Program-made: the position numbers and the translations under genes
Assembly (NCBI GenBank): GCA_964510615.1
Contig: CAZEBA010000009.1
Span: 5,815 to 69,814 of the forward strand
Length of the DNA: 64,000 bases
Source of the DNA: an uncultured Gemmatimonadota bacterium
Lineage (GTDB): Bacteria; Gemmatimonadota; Gemmatimonadetes; Palauibacterales; Palauibacteraceae
Direction of reading: 5' to 3'
Notes under the pieces: generated by a model
Told to the model about the DNA's origin: nothing
Seen by the model: only the letters and a program-made list of their open reading frames with translations
The model's database searches: none
Shown: in pieces, positions 21,070 to 31,124 of the stretch
Layout of the letters: each line of letters begins with the position of its first letter
Position numbering within the stretch: position 1 is the first letter of the stretch

Positions 21070-22167
21070 ATGAGCCGACCCGACTTCAACGACCGCCTGC
21101 TGCGAGCTCTGCACCGACAGCCCGTCGATCGGACGCCCGTCTGGTTCATGCGGCAGGCGGGGCGATCGCTCCCTCGCTACCGGGAGATTCGCGCCCACCG
21201 GCGCTTCCTCGAGCTCGTCCACGATCCCGCGGCGGCCGCCGAGGTTACCGCGCTGCCCCTCGAGTACTACCCCGTCGACGCCGCCGTCCTGTTCACCGAC
21301 CTGGCGACGCCGTTCATCGGAGCGGGCCTCGAGTTCGAGATCCGACCGACGATCGGCCCCGTCGTGCAGCCGCCGCTGGACCTGCCAGCCGACCTGGAGC
21401 GGCTGCGACCCTTCGACCCGCGGGAGAAGCTGCCATTCGTGCTCGAGGCGGTGGCGATCCTCAAGGACCGCCTCTCCGTGCCGGTGATCGGGTTCGTGGG
21501 GGCACCCTTCACCCTCTGCTCGTACCTGTTCGAGGGCACGCGGGCCGATCGTTTGGATCTGACCAAGCGATTCATGTGGACGGAGCCGGAGGCCTGGCAT
21601 CGGCTCGCCGATTTCTGGGCGCGCCACGTCGCGGAGTTCGGCATCGCCCAGGCAGAGGCGGGCGCTGGCGCCGTGCAGGTCTTCGACTCCTGGGCCGGTT
21701 GCCTCTCGCTCGAGGACTACGAGCGGTTCGTGCTACCACACTCCCGCACGATCTTCACGCGCCTCGCGGAGGCGGGCGTCCCCTCCATCCACTTCGCGAC
21801 CGGCAACCCGGCCCAACTCGAACTGTACGCCGCCGCCGGCGGAGACGCGATCGGCGTCGACTGGAGGGTGCCGATCGACGAAGCCTGGGAGCGCATCGGC
21901 AGCGACCGGGCGATCCAGGGAAACCTGGACCCGACGCTCCTGCTGGCCGGCGCCGAGGTGGCGATCGATCGATCAAGGGAGATCCTGCAGCGCGTGGCCG
22001 GCCGGCCGGGACACATCTTCAACCTCGGCCACGGTCTTCACCCCGAGACCGACCCGTCGGTCATCGCCGCCGTCGTGAAAGCGGTGCACGAGTTCGCCGC
22101 GGACGACGGCGGGAAGCAGGCCGACGGCAGTGCGAGTCCGGCCGAGGACGGTGGGAGGTCCGGATGA
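21070..22167 (+). CDS. hemE: Uroporphyrinogen decarboxylase
   Basis: MSRPDFNDRLLRALHRQPVDRTPVWFMRQAGR is the canonical HemE N-terminus. The ORF track extends it to 20878 through the tandem repeats, and I treat that as over-extension. Confidence 0.85.
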   Translation: MSRPDFNDRLLRALHRQPVDRTPVWFMRQAGRSLPRYREIRAHRRFLELVHDPAAAAEVTALPLEYYPVDAAVLFTDLATPFIGAGLEFEIRPTIGPVVQPPLDLPADLERLRPFDPREKLPFVLEAVAILKDRLSVPVIGFVGAPFTLCSYLFEGTRADRLDLTKRFMWTEPEAWHRLADFWARHVAEFGIAQAEAGAGAVQVFDSWAGCLSLEDYERFVLPHSRTIFTRLAEAGVPSIHFATGNPAQLELYAAAGGDAIGVDWRVPIDEAWERIGSDRAIQGNLDPTLLLAGAEVAIDRSREILQRVAGRPGHIFNLGHGLHPETDPSVIAAVVKAVHEFAADDGGKQADGSASPAEDGGRSG

Positions 22168-23239
22168 GAGGAATCGACGGGTGATCGGTGTCGTGCTGCT
22201 CAACTTCGGAGAACCCGAGACCCCCACCCCGGAGGAAGTCGTCCCCTTTCTCGAGCGGATCTTCACCTCGAACGCCGCTCTGGAGCCGGGACTGTCGGAG
22301 GAAGAGGGCCGGCGCCGCATCCGAGAGCTGGCGGAGCGACGCGCCCCCGGCCTGATCCGGGAGTACCGGGAGATCGGCGGCTCCCCCCACAACGCGCAGT
22401 GCTTGGCACAAGCGGACGGGCTCGCCCGAGAGCTAGCCGCGCGGGGCCGAGAAGCCCGGGTGTTCGTCGGCATGCAATTCACCGAGCCGACCATCGCCGA
22501 GGCGATCGCCACCGCTCGCGCGGCGGGCGCGGAGCGGCTGGTCGGCCTGCCCGTGTATCCGCTCTGCGGCCACTCGACCACCCTGGCCGCCCTGCTGGAT
22601 CTGGAGCGCGCCCGCGCCGAGAGCGGCTGGCAGGTGCCGCTCGCGCAGATCAGCGGCTGGCATCCCCATCCCACGTACCTCGAGATCCGGGCGGACGCGA
22701 TCCGGCATTGTGTGAAGCAGGGAGAGCTAGACCTTCGCGACCCGGACACGCGACTCCTCTTCTCCGTGCACGGTACGCCCGTCAAGTACCTGGAGGCCGG
22801 GAGTCGCTACGACCGCTATGCGGAGGAGTGCTGCGCCTGGGTGGCGACGGCGGTGGGAGCGCAGAGCTATGGGCTCGGCTATCAGAACCATGCCAACCGC
22901 GGCATCGAGTGGACGCAGCCCGAGATCGACGTCGTCGTTCACAAGGCCGCGGAGAGCGGCATCCGCCGCATCGTCGTGGACCCGATCAGCTTCATGCACG
23001 AGCAGTCAGAGACGTTGGCGGAACTCGACGGCGACCTGAGAGGCGTGGCCGAGGAGGCGGGACTCGAGTTCCATCGGGTGGCGATCCCGCACGATGATGA
23101 CCGCTTCCCGGCGGTCCTGGCGGATCTGGTGGAGGCGGCGGTCGATGAGAGCTCGGCGGTGGGCGTCCGGCTGCGCGACTGCCGCTGCAAGCGCGAGGGT
23201 GGCGTGCGCTGCCTGAACGGTGACCGGATTCAGCTGTAG
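22130..23239 (+). CDS. hemH: Ferrochelatase
   Basis: VLLNFGEPETP, HNAQC, SVHGTP and QS..ETLAELD blocks. The start is likely GTG ~22181 (VIGVVLLNFG) with a GAGAGGAA RBS, rather than the ATG at 22130 that overlaps hemE. Confidence 0.85.
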   Translation: MRVRPRTVGGPDERNRRVIGVVLLNFGEPETPTPEEVVPFLERIFTSNAALEPGLSEEEGRRRIRELAERRAPGLIREYREIGGSPHNAQCLAQADGLARELAARGREARVFVGMQFTEPTIAEAIATARAAGAERLVGLPVYPLCGHSTTLAALLDLERARAESGWQVPLAQISGWHPHPTYLEIRADAIRHCVKQGELDLRDPDTRLLFSVHGTPVKYLEAGSRYDRYAEECCAWVATAVGAQSYGLGYQNHANRGIEWTQPEIDVVVHKAAESGIRRIVVDPISFMHEQSETLAELDGDLRGVAEEAGLEFHRVAIPHDDDRFPAVLADLVEAAVDESSAVGVRLRDCRCKREGGVRCLNGDRIQL

Positions 23240-23811
23240 TAGGGGTTGACGCCCTTCGAGTGGTCGGTCACGTCGACGACGCCCCGGATCTCCGGAACCT
23301 CCTCCTTCAGCATGCGCTCGATGCCCTGCTTCAGCGTCATCGCGGCCATGCCGCAGCCCTGGCAGCCGCCGCTCATCTCCAGGAAGGCAACATCCTCGCG
23401 GACATCCATCAACGTCACGTGCCCGCCATGCATCGCGATCCCGGGGTTGATCCGCTCGTCGATCACCCGTCTCACCCGATCGGCGAGAGGTCCGGTGAGC
23501 GGTTCCGCGCCGATCGGCTTGATGTTCGGGTTCTCGAACCGGAAGCCGCTCCCCTGGCTGTTCTCGATCCAGTCGACCTGCGTGCCCTCCAGGAGCCTTG
23601 CGCTGGCCGCATCGACCGCGACCCGCAGCCCATCCGCCTCGAACAACCTGTCGTCGGGCTCCAGCTCGTCCGGCCCGACCAGGGCCATGTCGTACTCGGG
23701 AGCCAGCGGGCTCGAGCTCATGAGCTCGATGCGGACGGCCAGATCGGGGTCACCTTCCTCCGCGATGAATTCCCGGATCCGGTCCCTGGCGGCCTCGGTG
23801 AAGTCTATCAC
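23230..23811 (-). CDS. nfuA: Fe-S cluster biogenesis protein NfuA-like (HesB-type N-domain plus Nfu C-domain)
   Basis: The C-terminal GGCQGCGMAAMTLKQGIE CxxC Nfu motif, with an N-terminal A-type-like degenerate domain. Confidence 0.75.
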   Translation of the reverse strand: MIDFTEAARDRIREFIAEEGDPDLAVRIELMSSSPLAPEYDMALVGPDELEPDDRLFEADGLRVAVDAASARLLEGTQVDWIENSQGSGFRFENPNIKPIGAEPLTGPLADRVRRVIDERINPGIAMHGGHVTLMDVREDVAFLEMSGGCQGCGMAAMTLKQGIERMLKEEVPEIRGVVDVTDHSKGVNPYYS

Positions 23812-24022
23812 TTCTGCTACCCCCGTTCGTTCGACTTTCGCACCGCACCCGCGCCTCCCTACGATGGGCCGGCAATGGGCCGGCCGCGTGCCCGGCAGCG
23901 GACCGGCCCCACGCCAATTTAATCACCGAAGACCGATTCCACGAACCGCCGCACGGGATTTGGTGTTAACATTCTGCGGGATTCCCGATGTCACGACGGC
24001 CGACAGAAGCCCGGTGTGAAAG

Positions 24023-25729
24023 ATGAGCTCTCACCCTCCGATCGGAAGACCCCTCGAGTGGATCAGTACCGGCAGCTCCTTCGAAGAGGAGATGCAGGGG
24101 CTGATCTGGCGCCGGGTGCGGCTGCTGTTCCTCCTCGGCACAGCCGTGAGCCTCTCGCTCTTCGTGCTCGACCACCTCGGGGTGTCGTACCGGGCCTTCG
24201 TCTCGCCGATCGAGAGCTGGCGCACGGAGCTCTGGCTCCTTCACGGCGCCACCTATTCGGCCGGTCTGCTCGCTGTCCTGTTCGTGCGCCTCTCCAGCGA
24301 TCGGCTGCAGATACTCGCGATGTGGGTCACCGCCTTCAACATCGTGCTGCTCGTCAGCGGCCTCGCCCTCCTCGAGCCGGGCCGGGAGCCGCACCTGGGC
24401 ATGTCGCTGCTCCTGTTCACCTTCGCGGCGTTCGTGCCCTGCCGCATCGCGCAGTCCTGGCTGGCCGGCATCGCCGCGGTTGCGGTGCCGGTGATCTACG
24501 GCCTCACCTACCGGCTGATCCCCGAGGTTTCCGCGTACTGGGCCGACCACGGCGGCCCGGCGGCACAGACCTCGGCGTTGGTCTGGAACACGGCCGGCAC
24601 GGTGGTCCTGGCACTGGTCTCCGTGGCCGTGAGCCGAAGCCTGTACAGCCTGCGCAGAACGGCCTACAAGGCCGAGCGACTCGGCAACTACATCATCGAC
24701 CGCGAGATCGGCGTCGGCGGGATGGGGCAGGTCTACGCGGCCCATCACGCCCTGCTGCGGCGTCCCACGGCCGTCAAGGTCATCCGCGCGGATCACGAGG
24801 ATCAGGAGGGAGCGCTCCGTCGCTTCGAGCAGGAGGTGCAGCTGTCGGCCGGACTGACGCACCCCAACACGATCACCATCTTCGACTTCGGACGCACCTC
24901 GGATGACACGTTCTACTATGCGATGGAGTACCTGGCCGGGTTGGATCTCGAGGAACTGGTCGAGCGCTACGGTCCCCTGCCGCCACCGCGCGTGGCGTAC
25001 ATTCTCCGGCAGGCGCTGGGCTCGCTGGCCGAGGCGCATTCCCGCGGGATCATCCACCGCGACGTGAAGCCGTCCAACATCTACCTCACGCAACGCGGCG
25101 GTCTCTTCGACTTCGTGAAGCTGCTGGACTTCGGCCTGGCCAAGCAGATCGTCTCGGAGGGAGCGACGGAGCTGACCAAGACCGGGATGCTGTTCGGGAC
25201 GCCGCGATACCTGGCTCCCGAGACGGTCTACGGCACCGAGAAGGCCGACCATCGCTCCGACCTGTACAACCTCGGTGGCGTGGCCTACTGGATGCTCACG
25301 GGTCAGCCGCCGTTCGCGGCCCGGAGCTCGGTCGAGCTGATCGTCGACCACGTCAAGACCGTCCCCGTCCCGCCCAGTCAGCTGTCCGAGACTCCCATTC
25401 CGCCGGAGCTCGATGTACTGGTGATGAAGCTGCTCGAGAAGAGGCCCGAGGATCGGTTCCCGTCGGCCGGGGCCGTCGAAGCGGCGCTGGAGCGAATCGA
25501 GTTTCCGGAGCGCTGGACGCAGGCCGATGCGCGGGCGTGGTGGGAGCTGCACGCACCCTCCGAGGATCTGGGGTGCGATTGCCCGACGCCCGACTGCGAG
25601 ATGGGCCACGAGGCGCCGTTCGTCGCCCCCGACCTCGAGGTGATCCACGCACGCCGGGCCGCGGCCGGAACTCCGGCTTCCGAGCCGGACGCCGCGGTTG
25701 CGGCCGGGCTGATCGGGAAGGCGGGCTGA
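24023..25729 (+). CDS. Membrane-embedded Ser/Thr protein kinase (polytopic N-terminal domain plus Hanks kinase)
   Basis: N-terminal ~210 aa with ~6 predicted TM helices, then kinase subdomains GVGGMGQVY, AVK, HRDVKPSNI, DFGLAK and GTPRYLAPE. Confidence 0.8.
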   Translation: MSSHPPIGRPLEWISTGSSFEEEMQGLIWRRVRLLFLLGTAVSLSLFVLDHLGVSYRAFVSPIESWRTELWLLHGATYSAGLLAVLFVRLSSDRLQILAMWVTAFNIVLLVSGLALLEPGREPHLGMSLLLFTFAAFVPCRIAQSWLAGIAAVAVPVIYGLTYRLIPEVSAYWADHGGPAAQTSALVWNTAGTVVLALVSVAVSRSLYSLRRTAYKAERLGNYIIDREIGVGGMGQVYAAHHALLRRPTAVKVIRADHEDQEGALRRFEQEVQLSAGLTHPNTITIFDFGRTSDDTFYYAMEYLAGLDLEELVERYGPLPPPRVAYILRQALGSLAEAHSRGIIHRDVKPSNIYLTQRGGLFDFVKLLDFGLAKQIVSEGATELTKTGMLFGTPRYLAPETVYGTEKADHRSDLYNLGGVAYWMLTGQPPFAARSSVELIVDHVKTVPVPPSQLSETPIPPELDVLVMKLLEKRPEDRFPSAGAVEAALERIEFPERWTQADARAWWELHAPSEDLGCDCPTPDCEMGHEAPFVAPDLEVIHARRAAAGTPASEPDAAVAAGLIGKAG

Positions 25730-25782
25730 CGCCACACCCCCCACCGGGGGTGCTCTGTCGACCCTGAGCCGCTGACGGTCGC

Positions 25783-28122
25783 TTGAAGATACCGGGTTGG
25801 CTGGACGTGCGGCCGCACGAGGTGCGCCCGCTAGGGCTCTCCTTCTTCGGCGCCTTTCTCGTCATCGCCTTCCACGTCCTTGCTCGCTCGCTGCGGGAGG
25901 CCCTCTACCTGGCCGTCTTTCCCGTCGAGACCCTCCCCTACGTCGTCGCCGCGGTCGCCGTATCGAGCGTGCCCGCCGTCGGCCTGTTCGCGCGGCTGCT
26001 GTCCCGGCACGAGCCACGGCGGACCCTGCTGGGGACGGTGCTCTTGCTGACGGCCGGGCTCGCCCTCCTGTGGCCGCTGGCCACCACCGTCCGACCGGCG
26101 GTGGTCGCCTTCTACCTGTGGACCGCCGTCGGTACCCTGCTGCTCACCTCCGGCTTCTGGATCGTCACCGCAGAGTACTTTCCGGTACGGGGGGCCAAGC
26201 GCCTGTACGGGCTCGTGGGGGCGGGCGGTACGCTCGGCGCCCTGGTGATGGGGAACTCGATCCGATGGCTGCTCGAGCGCGTGTCGCTTTCGTCGTTGAT
26301 CCCGCTGCTCATCGGCCTGCTGTTCTCGTTCTTGCTGGTGCAGTCCCTGCTGTCCCAGCCCAGACAACCGGGCGGGGCGGTGACCGATGAGGCGACACCC
26401 CGCCCGTCCGGCGTGCGTGAGGCGCTGGGGCTGCTCTGGCGAACGCCCCACCTGCGCACGATCGCAGTGATCGTTACCCTGGCGACCGTCGCCAGCACGC
26501 TCCTCGACTATCAGTTCAAGGAGCTCGCGCGCGGGCTGCTGACGACCCGGGAGCAGCTGGCCGGCTTCTTCGGCGCCTTCTACGGCTGGACCGGGGCCCT
26601 CGCCCTCGTCCTTCAGCTGCTGGTGTCGGGCCGGCTCCTGGCCCGCGCCGGAATCTGGCCGGCGGTCGCGGTGCTGCCGGTCGTGTTGCTGCTCGGCTCG
26701 GCCGCCCTGTTCGCCGCGCCGGGCCTGCTGGTGGCGACCCTCGTGCGCGGTGGCGACAACTCGCTCCGGAAATCGCTCCACCGCTCCGTGCTGGAGGTCC
26801 TGTGGGTGCCGATCCCGTCGGCCCTGAGACGAAAGACGAAGACCTTCACGGACTCGGTCGTCGACGCCAGCGCCGAGGGAATCGGCGCTGCGATCGTCTT
26901 TCTCTGGGTGACCCTCCCGGGCTTCCCGGCACGGTACTTGTCGGTGTTCGTCATGGCGTTCGCGGGCCTCCTGTTGCGGCAGTCCTGGAAGATGGGGAGC
27001 ACGTACCGTCGGACGATCAGCGAGCGGCTGGTCGAGGCCGGAGCGCCCGGCGCCGATGAGGTGGCACGACTCGATCAGAGCCTGCTGCTGAGCGCCACCA
27101 TGGCGGAGGTCGACATCCGATCCGCCCTGGCGGAAGTCCGGTCCGGTTCGGCGTCCACCGGACCTCCGGAGGCGGCGGCCGCCAGGCCCGGGGGAGCGGA
27201 GGGCATGCCGGACATCGAAGCCGAGGCGCCTGACGGAGATGCCGGACGACCGCGAACGCTGGAGGAGGTGCAGGAAGATGAGGTTCGAAGGCTCGCCTCG
27301 GCGAGCCCTGCGGAGGTCGCGTCGGCCCTGAACGAGATCCGGGTGTGGACCGAAGCCCACGTTCCCGCCCTGATTCGACTCCTCGCACGGGATGCGTTCA
27401 GCCGACGGGCGATCTCGCTTCTTGGCGACCTGGCTCGGCACTCCACCCCTCACCTGGTCGCGGAGCTCGGCGACGAGGGCGCCGATTTCGTGATCCGGCG
27501 GCGGATACCCCGGGTGTTCGCCGCCGCAGCCGGCGCAGAGGCGGATGCCGCGCTGCTGGATGCGCTCACGGCCGAACGCTTCGAGATCCGCTACCGTGCG
27601 GCCTCGGCCCTCGTCCGCCGTAGGCAGGCCGGTCTGCCGGATAGCGACCGGGAGAGAGCACCGATCATCTGGCGCGCCGTCCGGCAGGAGCTCGCCCGCG
27701 AACGGCCGGTCTGGGAGCTCCAGCGCCTTCTCGACGAATGGGGCGGCGAGGAGGATCTGCTTTCCGGGCGCGCCGAGCTACGTGGTCAGCTGAGCCTGAA
27801 GCACACGTTCCGCCTGCTCTCGCTGGTCCTCGATCCCGCTCCCGTGCGCGCGGCCTACCAGGGGCTCGTCAGCGAGGACGGCAGGTTGCTGAGCCTGGCC
27901 CTCGAGTACCTGGACCAGGTGCTTCCAAGCGATGTGCGCGACAGGCTGTGGCCGTTCATCGGAGACCTGTCCGAGCGCCAGCGGCAGAAGCGGAGCCGAT
28001 CGCTCGGCGAGGTCGTCGAGGAGCTGGTGCGCACGGGTGCGACGCTGTTTCGCAGCGCGAGCGACCGGGAGGCCCTGCGCCGACTGCTCGAGGAACGGAA
28101 GCAGGGCGACGACGAGGCGTAG
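25783..28122 (+). CDS. MFS/TLC-like 12-TM transporter domain fused to a C-terminal HEAT-repeat domain
   Basis: The N-terminal ~430 aa are a polytopic membrane region resembling ATP/ADP-translocase (TLC)/MFS N-termini. The C-terminal ~300 aa are helical repeats of HEAT/PBS-lyase type (PALIRLLARDAFSRRAISLLGDLA; RYRAASALVRR). It lies 53 bp downstream of the kinase on the same strand. Confidence 0.55.
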   Translation: MKIPGWLDVRPHEVRPLGLSFFGAFLVIAFHVLARSLREALYLAVFPVETLPYVVAAVAVSSVPAVGLFARLLSRHEPRRTLLGTVLLLTAGLALLWPLATTVRPAVVAFYLWTAVGTLLLTSGFWIVTAEYFPVRGAKRLYGLVGAGGTLGALVMGNSIRWLLERVSLSSLIPLLIGLLFSFLLVQSLLSQPRQPGGAVTDEATPRPSGVREALGLLWRTPHLRTIAVIVTLATVASTLLDYQFKELARGLLTTREQLAGFFGAFYGWTGALALVLQLLVSGRLLARAGIWPAVAVLPVVLLLGSAALFAAPGLLVATLVRGGDNSLRKSLHRSVLEVLWVPIPSALRRKTKTFTDSVVDASAEGIGAAIVFLWVTLPGFPARYLSVFVMAFAGLLLRQSWKMGSTYRRTISERLVEAGAPGADEVARLDQSLLLSATMAEVDIRSALAEVRSGSASTGPPEAAAARPGGAEGMPDIEAEAPDGDAGRPRTLEEVQEDEVRRLASASPAEVASALNEIRVWTEAHVPALIRLLARDAFSRRAISLLGDLARHSTPHLVAELGDEGADFVIRRRIPRVFAAAAGAEADAALLDALTAERFEIRYRAASALVRRRQAGLPDSDRERAPIIWRAVRQELARERPVWELQRLLDEWGGEEDLLSGRAELRGQLSLKHTFRLLSLVLDPAPVRAAYQGLVSEDGRLLSLALEYLDQVLPSDVRDRLWPFIGDLSERQRQKRSRSLGEVVEELVRTGATLFRSASDREALRRLLEERKQGDDEA

Positions 28123-28125
28123 CGG

Positions 28126-28854
28126 TCAATCGAGCCCGACTCGCCCCGCTTCGGCCTCCAATCCATGGGACCCCAGGTAGGTGGCGACCTCCCGCAGCGG
28201 CTTCCGACCGATCTCCGGTACCAGGGCGTCCTCCGACGGGTAGCCGACGACCAGCAGGAGGAACGGCCGCTCGTTCGCGGGCCTCCCGAGGATCTCGTTC
28301 AGGAATCCCATCGGACTCGGCGTGTGGGTGAGGGACGCGAGTCCCGCGTGGTGGAGCGCCGCGATCAGAAGGCCGGTGGCGATGCCGACCGACTCGGACA
28401 CGTAGTAGTTCTTTTGCTTCTCGCCCCTGGGGCCCACCGCGTAACTCTCCGCGAAGATCGCGATCAGGAACGGCGCCGTTTCCAGGAACGGCTTGTGCTC
28501 GTCCGTGCCCAGCGGAGCGAGCGCATCCAGCCAGTCCTGCGGAGCGCGGTGCTGATAGAACTCCCTCTCCTCCCGCTCCGCCCCCTCCCGGATGCGCCTC
28601 TTCGTCTCGGCGTCCGACACGATGACGAAGTGCCACGGCTGACGATTGGCCCCGCTCGGAGCGGACGCCGCGGCTCTCAGGCAATCCTCGATCACCCCCG
28701 TCGGCGCGGTCCGGCTCGAGAAGTGACGCACCGTGCGGCGCCGTCCCATCTCATCGGCGAACTCGGCGGCGCGGCGCTGCATCTCCTCGGGCGGATACTC
28801 GCGGTATTCCTCCAGAGGCCGAAAGCCGGGTAGTTTGGAACGCATGTTCGCCAT
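28126..28854 (-). CDS. Nitroreductase family protein
   Basis: [21 protein letters not shown], and the flavin-binding C-terminal block. Start at MANMRSKL. The ORF track's 52-aa upstream extension is antisense to the facing gene. Confidence 0.75.
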   Translation of the reverse strand: MANMRSKLPGFRPLEEYREYPPEEMQRRAAEFADEMGRRRTVRHFSSRTAPTGVIEDCLRAAASAPSGANRQPWHFVIVSDAETKRRIREGAEREEREFYQHRAPQDWLDALAPLGTDEHKPFLETAPFLIAIFAESYAVGPRGEKQKNYYVSESVGIATGLLIAALHHAGLASLTHTPSPMGFLNEILGRPANERPFLLLVVGYPSEDALVPEIGRKPLREVATYLGSHGLEAEAGRVGLD

Positions 28855-29488
28855 CGATCCTCTCGCCGTGGTCGCGATCGCCACCGGACTGGTGAGCTTC
28901 GTCTTCCTGCTGGCCGGCCTGGCCCTCGTCCGCCGGCGGCGAGCGCTCGGGGCCACCCTCGTCCTGCTGGTGGCGACGCTGCTGCTCTCGCTGGCCGGCT
29001 TGTTCGCCACCCTCGGGGTCGCCAGCCGTGGCTACCGGGCGTTCACCCATGAGGAGGTAGCGGTGCGGGTAGCCACGGAGCCGGCCGGCGACCGCCGCTT
29101 CCACGCCCGCTTCGTGTTCCCGGACGGACGCGAGGAGGCGCTCACGCTCGCAGGCGACGAGCTCTACGTGGACGCGCACATCCTGAAGTGGAAGCCCCTT
29201 CTGAACCTCCTGGGCCTCCACACCGCCTACGAGCTCGACCGGGTGGCCGGCCGCTACTCGACGCTCGACGACGAGCGGGCGCAGGGGCGCACCGTTTACT
29301 CCCTGGCCAGGCCCAAGCCCTTCGACCTCTTCCAGCTCCGGCGGCGCTACCCGCCTCTGTTCGCGCCGTTCGTGGACGCCGAGTACGGGTCGGCCACCTT
29401 CATCGAGGTGGGCGAGGCGGCGGAGCTCGAGGTGAGGGTCTCTCTCACCGGCCTGCTGATCCGCGTCCGGCCCGGGAGCAGCGGCTGA
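28844..29488 (+). CDS. Hypothetical membrane protein (2 N-terminal TM helices plus soluble domain)
   Basis: Start [26 protein letters not shown] with non-repetitive composition. I recognised no family. Confidence 0.4.
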   Translation: MFAIDPLAVVAIATGLVSFVFLLAGLALVRRRRALGATLVLLVATLLLSLAGLFATLGVASRGYRAFTHEEVAVRVATEPAGDRRFHARFVFPDGREEALTLAGDELYVDAHILKWKPLLNLLGLHTAYELDRVAGRYSTLDDERAQGRTVYSLARPKPFDLFQLRRRYPPLFAPFVDAEYGSATFIEVGEAAELEVRVSLTGLLIRVRPGSSG

Positions 29489-29495
29489 GCCCGCT

Positions 29496-31124
29496 CTAGC
29501 CGACCCCTCGCAACCGGAACCGCCGGATCTTGCCCGTTGCGGTCCTGGGCAGCGTCTCGGTGAACGCGATCCGGCGCGGACGCTTGTAGGCCGCCAGCCG
29601 ACCGGCGCAGTACGCGATCAGCTCCGCCTCCAGCTCCGCGCCCCCCGCATGACCCGGACGCGTCACCACCCACGCCTTCGGCTTGATCAGCCCGTCCCGA
29701 TCCGGGACGCCGACGACGGCACACTCCTGCACGGCGGGGTGGCCCGACAGGCAGCCTTCCACCTCCACGGGCGAAACCCAGATGCCGCCGACCTTCAGCA
29801 TGTCGTCGGCCCGGCCCGCGTGCGAGTAGAAGCCGTCCTCGTCCACGCGGTACTTGTCGCCCGTATCGACCCAGCCGGAGACGAACGTCCGCCGGGTGAG
29901 CTCCTCCTGGCTCCAGTAGCCCGGCGCGGCGCTCTCCCCGCGCACCCAGAGGTGGCCGACGACTCCCGGCTTCACCGGTTGCCCCGTCTCGCCAACGACC
30001 CGGCACTCGTACCCCTCCACCGGCGTGCCGCTGCTCCCGGGCCTGGTCGTGCCGGGTCGGTTGGAGATGAAGATGTGGAACATTTCCGTCGATCCGATCC
30101 CATCCACCAGCTCGAGGCCCGTCGTCTCCTTCCAGGCCTGCCAGATGGGGGCGGGCAGCGCTTCGCCGGCGGAAACGCAAACGCGGAGCGATGACAGATC
30201 GTGCGACCCGGCGAGCTCCGGCCGGGCCAGCATGGCGGCGTAGCCGGTCGGCGCGTTGTAGAAGATGGTCGGGCGGTACCGGTCGATGACCTCGAGCACC
30301 GCCTCCGTCTCCCTCGCAGGGCCCGGGTTCAGTACCGTGCCGGCTCCGACCGCCCAGGGGAAGACGAGTCCGCCGCCCAGGCCGTAGGTGAAAAAGAGCT
30401 TGGCGTTGGAGTAGGTGAGGTCATCCTCGCGCAGACCGAGGCAGCGGACCCCCCAGAGCTCCGCACAGAGCGCGAGATCCTTGTGGGCGTGGGGAATCCC
30501 CTTCGGCGCCCCCGTCGTGCCGCTCGAGTAGTTGAGCGTCGCCAGATCGTCTCGGGTCGTCGGTGCCGGGTTCAGTTCGCCGGAGAAGGCGTCCGTCAGA
30601 GCCCGATAGTCGTGGGCGACGCCGTGATCGACGGTCTCGGCGCCCGGACGGTCGTGCTCGGCGCCCGGATAGTCGTGCTCGCCGCCGCACGCCGCCGGCC
30701 CGAGCCAGACGACGTGCTCGAGCGCCGGCAGTTCGCCGACCGACTCCCGGAAGCCAGAGGCGATCCAGGTCGCCGAGGTCCGCTCGGCGATCAGCACGCG
30801 CGCGCCGCTGTCGTGCAGGATCTGGCCCTGTTCGCCCGGTGTGAGCAGGGTGTTCATTCCGAGCGCGATCCCGCCCGCCTTCAGGGTGCCGAAGAAGCAG
30901 GCAGGCCACTCGGGCCGGTCCGACATCAGGATCGCCACCCGGTCTCCGGGCCGCAGCCCCAGCTCGAGGAGCGCGCGGCCGACCCGGTTCGCCTCCTCGG
31001 CGGCCTGGCCGAACGGCCGATTCCCGGCCGGGCCGGTGAGCGCGAGCTTCTCGGCCCGCTCGTCGAGGTTGTGGTCCAGGATCTCGGCGGCGTTGTACCG
31101 GAGCGGGAGATCGGCCGCCTTCAC
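29496..31124 (-). CDS. Benzoate-CoA ligase family / AMP-dependent acyl-CoA synthetase
   Basis: YSSGTTGAPKG AMP-binding motif, hinge GDKYRVDEDGFYSHAGRADDMLKVGGIWVSPVEVE, and C-terminal RTATGKIRRF. Start GTG (VKAADLPLRYNAAEIL) overlaps the stop of the upstream MFS gene (GTGA). The ORF track's longer frame is over-extended. Confidence 0.8.
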   Translation of the reverse strand: MKAADLPLRYNAAEILDHNLDERAEKLALTGPAGNRPFGQAAEEANRVGRALLELGLRPGDRVAILMSDRPEWPACFFGTLKAGGIALGMNTLLTPGEQGQILHDSGARVLIAERTSATWIASGFRESVGELPALEHVVWLGPAACGGEHDYPGAEHDRPGAETVDHGVAHDYRALTDAFSGELNPAPTTRDDLATLNYSSGTTGAPKGIPHAHKDLALCAELWGVRCLGLREDDLTYSNAKLFFTYGLGGGLVFPWAVGAGTVLNPGPARETEAVLEVIDRYRPTIFYNAPTGYAAMLARPELAGSHDLSSLRVCVSAGEALPAPIWQAWKETTGLELVDGIGSTEMFHIFISNRPGTTRPGSSGTPVEGYECRVVGETGQPVKPGVVGHLWVRGESAAPGYWSQEELTRRTFVSGWVDTGDKYRVDEDGFYSHAGRADDMLKVGGIWVSPVEVEGCLSGHPAVQECAVVGVPDRDGLIKPKAWVVTRPGHAGGAELEAELIAYCAGRLAAYKRPRRIAFTETLPRTATGKIRRFRLRGVG

